Shown here: piece after piece, positions 58,373-63,416 of the stretch
How the letters are laid out: each line of letters opens with the position of its first letter
How positions within the stretch are numbered: the first letter of the stretch is position 1
NCBI GenBank assembly: GCA_018646985.1
Contig: JABGTR010000002.1
Coordinates: 1 to 63,416 of the forward strand
Length of the DNA: 63,416 bases
Direction of reading: 5' to 3'
DNA from: Minisyncoccota bacterium
GTDB lineage: Bacteria; Patescibacteriota; Microgenomatia; UBA1400; PJMF01
Notes under the pieces: model-generated
What the model saw: only the letters and a program-made list of their open reading frames with translations
What the model was told of the DNA's origin: nothing
Database searches by the model: none
Translations under genes and position numbers: made by a program

Positions 58373-59533
58373 TTAATTATTATGATCTTCTTTCAATATC
58401 TCTGGCAAGTTAAGCAATGCTTTTTTTATCGGTATAACCTTAATACCATCGATGTTTAATTCTTTGTCACCACCATAAAAAACAAATAACTCACTCATCG
58501 GATAGTCTGATTTAAATGCTCGTAGTCCGCGTAAATCTTTACTTGTAATATTAGTCTTTCTTTTTACCTCTATTGCCAATAGCCTACTTTTACCATATAA
58601 AATAAAGTCAACTTCTGTTCCTTTTGGGGTGCGCCAATAGTTTATATCGTACTGCAGGTTTAAATTTGAATTAGTTGCTAAAAGCTCTTGTAGGACCAAA
58701 CTTTCAAGTAAAGTTCCCTCCTCACTTTGTTTCTTATCAAGCAAGCCCTTTGGTTTTATTGTTGAGTATACTCCGATGTCAAAAAAATAAAACTTATTTT
58801 GCGAAACAAGTGATCTTTTTGCATGTTTTTTAAAAACTGGTAGTTCATAAGCTATCAGTAAGTCATAAAGAATTTGAAAGTAAGACTCAGCAACTTTACG
58901 ACTAACTGCACTGTCTCGAGCTACAGCAGATACATTAAGCTGTTGGGCTTGAGAAAAGCTTGCAACTTCTAAAAATCTAGCAAAATTTGATAAATTACGA
59001 GTTAAACCTTCTTGTAAAATTTCCTCCTCAAGGTAAATCTGAATATAACTCTCTAGATATTTCTGAGCATCAATGTTTTTATTACGGTCATGTATCGTTG
59101 GTAGTAATCCAAATTTAAGAACTTTCTGTAAATCCACATTACTCCCAATTTCTCCAAACGTAAGAGGATGCAAATTATACTTAAAAGCTCTCCCAGCCAA
59201 GAGGTTTGCCTGAGTTGTTCTTAGTTTTCTTGCATTTGAGCCTGTTAAAATAAATTTAAAGCCTTGATTTTCAATCAAATGATGAACTTCATTAAGCAGA
59301 TCTGGTATTCTTTGTACTTCATCAATAACAACTGGTATGTCTGAGCTTTTTGTTAAAAACTCAGATAATTTGTGTGGTTGTGCTAATAGCTTCGTATAGT
59401 TACTTGAGTTAAGCAAATCGATGTAAGTTGAGTCTGGATAGTTTCTTTTGATCAAAGATGACTTTCCAGTCCCCCTAGGACCAAAAAGAAAAAAGCTAGT
59501 GTTTTTAGGGAACTCTATATTTCTTTTAAACAT
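58373..59533 (-). CDS. AAA+ ATPase with C-terminal nuclease-like domain (AAA_14 + DUF4143 type)
   Basis: FGPRGTGKS, VVIDEVQRIP, LTGSNARKL, KFYFFDIG and YWRTPKGTEVDFI..LAIEVK. Confidence 0.88.
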   Translation of the reverse strand: MFKRNIEFPKNTSFFLFGPRGTGKSSLIKRNYPDSTYIDLLNSSNYTKLLAQPHKLSEFLTKSSDIPVVIDEVQRIPDLLNEVHHLIENQGFKFILTGSNARKLRTTQANLLAGRAFKYNLHPLTFGEIGSNVDLQKVLKFGLLPTIHDRNKNIDAQKYLESYIQIYLEEEILQEGLTRNLSNFARFLEVASFSQAQQLNVSAVARDSAVSRKVAESYFQILYDLLIAYELPVFKKHAKRSLVSQNKFYFFDIGVYSTIKPKGLLDKKQSEEGTLLESLVLQELLATNSNLNLQYDINYWRTPKGTEVDFILYGKSRLLAIEVKRKTNITSKDLRGLRAFKSDYPMSELFVFYGGDKELNIDGIKVIPIKKALLNLPEILKEDHNN

Positions 59534-59539
59534 AGCTGT

Positions 59540-59621
59540 ATTTTACTAAAATACTTCACTTTTGTCCACTTTTGGAGTTGTAAACTCCACTTTCGGACTT
59601 AATTTGGAGTTTTTAACTCCA
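59540..59621 (-). promoter_or_regulatory. Promoter region of the AAA gene with two perfect palindromes
   Basis: TAAAAT -10 (complement 59540-59545); TGGAGTT-N3-AACTCCA at 59573-59589 and 59605-59621. Confidence 0.6.
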
Positions 59622-59641
59622 GATACAGCTCTTTTTTTTAA

Positions 59642-60187
59642 TTAAGCAACTGCTGTTGGAGAAGGCTTATTAGTGGTCACCACTTCTTCCCTCTTAAACT
59701 CATAATACCCACCGATTTCAAACAGTAAGTAGAATCCAACAATGGTCATGAGGATGGTTAATGATATTTGTTGCCAGCCAAAGATATCTCCATTAACTAT
59801 ACTAATAGTAGTATTAACTAACCCTAATATATTGGCCCAAAATAAGTAGATCCAGCCCACGGCATCATTATTTCGCAATGGCTTAAAGGCTTTGACTAAA
59901 AAGAGAGTGTTTAAAAGCACCAGTAATAAAGACCCCGCCATAGTCATGATCAAAGCAAAATCTAAGGCTATTAATGACAAAACAGTCAGTAAGAAAGATA
60001 ATACTACAGTGACCCCACCGATAATTCCCCCTACTAAAGCCAACCATGGCATTACTTTATTGATAAATGACAGTAATTTTTTAGGCAGATGAGGGAGTTT
60101 AATAAAAAGCTGATCCATCTTCATGATGACAGCAGCCACCTTTTGGTTAGCAAATATCTGTTTGAATTTTTTTCCATTTCTATTCAT
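59642..60187 (-). CDS. Hypothetical integral membrane protein (about 4 TM helices)
   Basis: Hydrophobic segments and a GWIYLFW motif; AAGGA SD and TGcTATACT upstream on the minus strand. Confidence 0.75.
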   Translation of the reverse strand: MNRNGKKFKQIFANQKVAAVIMKMDQLFIKLPHLPKKLLSFINKVMPWLALVGGIIGGVTVVLSFLLTVLSLIALDFALIMTMAGSLLLVLLNTLFLVKAFKPLRNNDAVGWIYLFWANILGLVNTTISIVNGDIFGWQQISLTILMTIVGFYLLFEIGGYYEFKREEVVTTNKPSPTAVA

Positions 60188-60284
60188 TTTTTCCTTAAAT
60201 TTAGAACTACTTTTCTAGTATAGCAACTTTTCCCTCTTTTTCTCAAGCCACGCATCTTGTAGACTAATAAATGAAGGAGAGAGT

Positions 60285-61046
60285 ATGAATCAAGAAATCA
60301 CACCTCAAGTAGCTAATATCCAGGATAATTTTATGCAAACTCTAACTAATTTTTTCAATCAATACAAAAAAATTATTTTAACCACCCTAGTAGTAATCGG
60401 ATCCTTATTTTTAGTAAAAGCCATTTTCTTCAAACCCGCAGTTATCTCTGTAGTGGGGACTGGTAGTCTCACAGCCAAGCCAGATCAGGTAGAGATGTTA
60501 GTTACTAAGGTTGATTCTAATCCAGATCCAGTTCTAGCGATCATGGCTGGAGAAGAAAGTATCGTTGGCATTGTGGCTAAGGCTAAAGAACTAGCCGGAA
60601 ACGATGTTGAGATTCAAAAATCATTTTATCAAGTTACTCCCTCGGTAGTTACGGGCGATGTTTTATACCAGGTAATAAATGTATTTAAGATTACCGCTCA
60701 AGATCCTAGTAAAGCCACAGATTTAATTAAAGGTTTTTATGCCAGCGGAGCCACCACTGTCTCAGGGGTGAACTTTATTCCAGAGAATAGAGAAGAGATT
60801 ACTCAAGATGCTCGTAAGGCAGCTGTCAAAGATGCTAAAAAACAGGCTCGAGATATTGCTAAGGCTTCTGGAAAAAGAGTCGGTCGAATCATTAGTGTTG
60901 GAGACGATTTGAGTAAGGGAAATAGTACTGTCTCCACCAATGGTGTTGCTCAAGCTGAAGCTGAAGCTCAAGCTAGCTACACCGGTGGCTCTCCAGTAGA
61001 GATAGATGTTTCTAAGTCAATGACTGTTACTTACGAGATCTGGTAG
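60285..61046 (+). CDS. SIMPL (DUF541) domain protein with an N-terminal anchor
   Basis: ISVVGTGSLTAKPDQVEM and ARKAAVKDAKKQARDIAKASGKRVGRIISV pattern; AAGGAGA SD. Confidence 0.8.
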   Translation: MNQEITPQVANIQDNFMQTLTNFFNQYKKIILTTLVVIGSLFLVKAIFFKPAVISVVGTGSLTAKPDQVEMLVTKVDSNPDPVLAIMAGEESIVGIVAKAKELAGNDVEIQKSFYQVTPSVVTGDVLYQVINVFKITAQDPSKATDLIKGFYASGATTVSGVNFIPENREEITQDARKAAVKDAKKQARDIAKASGKRVGRIISVGDDLSKGNSTVSTNGVAQAEAEAQASYTGGSPVEIDVSKSMTVTYEIW

Positions 61047-61055
61047 AATCAGCCT

Positions 61056-62318
61056 ATGCTTGGTTCACAAATGATTAAATCTCAGTTTCCGATTCTATCG
61101 CGTCGGGTTAATGATAAGCCTTTGGTTTATCTAGATAATGCAGCCACTTCTCAAAAACCTCAAGTAGTTATTGATGCCATTTCTAATTATTACACTCAGC
61201 ATAATTCCAATGTTCATCGCGGAGTACATCGTCTTTCTGATGAAAGCACTCGTGTTTTTGAAGAAAGTCGTAACTCAATTGCCAGTTTTTTTGGAGCTGA
61301 GTCAGAAGAGCTGATTGTTACTCGTAATGCCACTGAAGCAATCAATGGCGTTGCTTATGGATGGGCAGCTCAAAATTTACAAGCAGGTGATGTAATTGTA
61401 ACTAGTTTGATGGAACACCATGCTAATTTTGTAGTCTGGCAGGAAGTGGCTAAAAGAACTGGAGCTAAGTTGGAGTTTGTGGGAGTTGATGATCAAGGTC
61501 GGCTGAAGTTGGATGAGCTGAGACAAAAACTGGAGACTTCACCCGTAAAGTTAGTGGCTTTAGTACATGTTTCCAATACTACTGGAACTGTTAATCCGAT
61601 TAAAAAAATCAAGAAAATAATTGCTAATAATCAAAAAGAAACACCAATTCGTCTGTTGTTAGATGGAGCTCAGTCAGCTCCTCATATGCCAATTAACTTC
61701 AAACAATTAGATGTCGATTTCTATGTTTTCAGTGGTCATAAAATGTTAGCCCCGATGGGCGTCGGTGGATTATTAGTTAAAAAAGAACTTCTTGAATCTG
61801 GGGAGATGAAGCCCTGGCTTTTTGGAGGGGGAATGATTTTTTCAGTTTTACCAGAGGCAACAGAGTACAATCCAGATTTAGTAGAGCGTTTTACGGCAGG
61901 TACTCCAGATGTGGCTTCAATAGTGGGGTTGGCTGCAGCTTGTGAGTATCTAAAGACTTTGGAGATGAGAAAAGTCGAGCAGCATGATCGAGAGTTAGTT
62001 CTTTATGCAATTGAAAAATTAAGCCGAATTCCAGAAGTTAAAATTATTGGTCCAGTTACACCCGCTCAAGCCGGTCAGTCACTCGATCGCTTAGGCTCAG
62101 TCGCTTTTATTCATCAGACAGCTCATGCGCATGATGTTTCTCAGATCTTGGACAGTGAGGGGGTAGCAGTTCGTTCTGGCCATCACTGCACCATGCCACT
62201 TCACACTCACTTCGGTTGGCAGGCTACTACTAGAGCTAGCTTTTCTGTTTATTCTTCCAAAACTGATGTTGATGCTCTTGTTAAAGGATTAGAAAAAATT
62301 AGTCAGGTTTTTAAATAA
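61056..62318 (+). CDS. sufS: Cysteine desulfurase SufS
   Basis: YLDNAATSQKP, HNSNVHRGVH, FSGHKM (PLP lysine) and VRSGHHC. Confidence 0.95.
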   Translation: MLGSQMIKSQFPILSRRVNDKPLVYLDNAATSQKPQVVIDAISNYYTQHNSNVHRGVHRLSDESTRVFEESRNSIASFFGAESEELIVTRNATEAINGVAYGWAAQNLQAGDVIVTSLMEHHANFVVWQEVAKRTGAKLEFVGVDDQGRLKLDELRQKLETSPVKLVALVHVSNTTGTVNPIKKIKKIIANNQKETPIRLLLDGAQSAPHMPINFKQLDVDFYVFSGHKMLAPMGVGGLLVKKELLESGEMKPWLFGGGMIFSVLPEATEYNPDLVERFTAGTPDVASIVGLAAACEYLKTLEMRKVEQHDRELVLYAIEKLSRIPEVKIIGPVTPAQAGQSLDRLGSVAFIHQTAHAHDVSQILDSEGVAVRSGHHCTMPLHTHFGWQATTRASFSVYSSKTDVDALVKGLEKISQVFK

Positions 62319-62707
62319 TGTCCGACGATCTTTACCGCGAAACTATTGTCACTGAAGCTAGACACCCCCAAAACTATGGTCCCCTAGAGGGAGCTGACAT
62401 TAATCAAAGTTATGTTAATCCATCATGTGGCGACAGCATTAATGTTTACGTGAAGCTAGATTCAGCAAAAAAGAAAATTATTGATTTGGGTTGGGAAGGC
62501 AATGGCTGTGTAGTTAGTATGGCCAGCATGAGTTTTTTGTCGGCCAAGGTTAAGGGAATGAGTTTAGAAGAAGTAAACCAGCTGACCTCTGATGATCTGC
62601 AAAGAATATTGGGTGTCGAAGAGATTACTCCATCTCGAGAGAAATGCATGATGATGGGCTTAATGGCTATCCAGAAGGCGGTCTCTGTTGATAGTAGTGT
62701 TAAGTAG
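62318..62707 (+). CDS. sufU: SufU/IscU-type scaffold or sulfur-transfer protein
   Basis: NPSCGD, GCVVSMAS and REKC (three conserved Cys). Confidence 0.9.
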   Translation: MSDDLYRETIVTEARHPQNYGPLEGADINQSYVNPSCGDSINVYVKLDSAKKKIIDLGWEGNGCVVSMASMSFLSAKVKGMSLEEVNQLTSDDLQRILGVEEITPSREKCMMMGLMAIQKAVSVDSSVK

Positions 62708-62897
62708 TAGTAGGTTAATTTCAAATTAATATCAATGGTTCTAGGAGGGGGTGTCAAAAAGAGGTCATAAGTATGGTAAAAAGTGCCCAAAAGTTACCCA
62801 AAAAGAGGGCAAAATGACTACGGGGGTCTAGAATAAGGTTCCAAGTTCGTGCTGGAATCAGCACACCTCGTTTTGTTTTTCCTGTACAATTTAATCT

Positions 62898-63416
62898 ATG
62901 CAAATTTACGTTGGCTCCACCAATCCCGTCAAAATCAACTCAGTCATTAATGCTGCCTCTGAGACCTGGCCAGAGGTGCAAGTCCAAGGTTTTAAGACAG
63001 CCAGTGGCATCCCAGAACAACCAATTGGTGATCTAGTTACCAAGCAAGGTGCAGAAAATAGAGCTCGGGCAGTTTTAAAAATTGCGCAGCAAAAAAACAT
63101 TGACAAAGACTTCTTAGGAGTTGGTTTAGAAGGGGGTGTTTTTACTGATGGCGAAGGGGTGATGTGGACTACCGTTTGGGTGGCGGTCATTGATCTCAAA
63201 GGAGACCTCTATTTCACCAATGGAGCCCGTTTTCCTGTCCCCAGTATCGTAGCAGATCGTATTCGCAATAAGGAAGAAATGGGGCCGATTATTGCTCAAG
63301 TAGTAGGCGAAGAAGACATTCGGAGCAAACAAGGGATGATCGGGATCATTACTGAAGGATTTGTAGACAGGACAGAAGAATATGCCGGCATAGCTAAAAT
63401 GGCGCTTGGATTATGG
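62898..63416 (+). CDS. yjjX: Non-canonical inosine/xanthosine triphosphatase (YjjX/DUF84 family), runs off the window end
   Basis: Absent from the ORF track because it has no stop. Hand translation MQIYVGSTNPVKI..SGIPEQP..GAENRA..VGLEGG..KQGMIGIIT..R. Confidence 0.85.
   Translation, partial: MQIYVGSTNPVKINSVINAASETWPEVQVQGFKTASGIPEQPIGDLVTKQGAENRARAVLKIAQQKNIDKDFLGVGLEGGVFTDGEGVMWTTVWVAVIDLKGDLYFTNGARFPVPSIVADRIRNKEEMGPIIAQVVGEEDIRSKQGMIGIITEGFVDRTEEYAGIAKMALGLW

Noticed and set aside
62821-62870. tRNA or tRNA fragment (GGGGGT...GTTCG...ACCTC)
   Set aside because: No cloverleaf with correct D, anticodon and T arm spacing could be built on either strand.
2266-63332. Many short ORFs in the track that overlap long genes (e.g. 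2266-2499, 4233-4559, 12285-12551, 12418-12702, 15324-15692, 35467-35784, 42061-42510, 62446-62790, 62906-63199, 63126-63332)
   Set aside because: They are antisense or off-frame shadows of well-supported genes, with low-complexity translations and no motifs.

Overview
AT-rich bacterial chromosome segment that looks like Patescibacteria/CPR (Microgenomates-like). This is inferred from the short InfB, HrcA and SufD, the stand-alone 5'-3' exonuclease and the N-terminally anchored surface proteins; it was not determined by a search. The left half (1-30.9 kb) is mostly housekeeping: a partial tyrosine recombinase, a Trp-codon leader peptide and attenuator before a lone trpB followed by trpS, ftsH, a K+ channel, glycosyltransferases, a GH39 enzyme, CIRCE-controlled hrcA-grpE-dnaK and a separate dnaJ, a Phd/RelE-type TA pair, nusA-infB-rpsO-pnp, SOD and sufCBD. 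A single uninterrupted 27.3 kb ORF (30986-58282, 9098 aa) dominates the window and sits between sufD and sufS-sufU. It reads as a chain of modules: N-terminal anchor, Cys-rich region, Gly/Ala-rich hydrophobic region, SecA-like ATPase, FHA domain, Ser/Thr-type kinase, two copies of a ~2000-aa [M48 peptidase - helical - ABC1/UbiB kinase - CxxC..H..C] module, two more HExxH zincins and a C-terminal methyltransferase-like domain. Repeated linker modules separate the cargo domains. It is the best candidate here for an undescribed system, possibly a multi-effector host-interaction protein. Other notable signals are the trp attenuator with apparent indole-salvage logic, many apparently leaderless genes, a natural T75A-type K+ filter and several pseudogenes. 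No rRNA, tRNA or CRISPR array was recognised. All domain calls are by-eye motif recognition, not database results.
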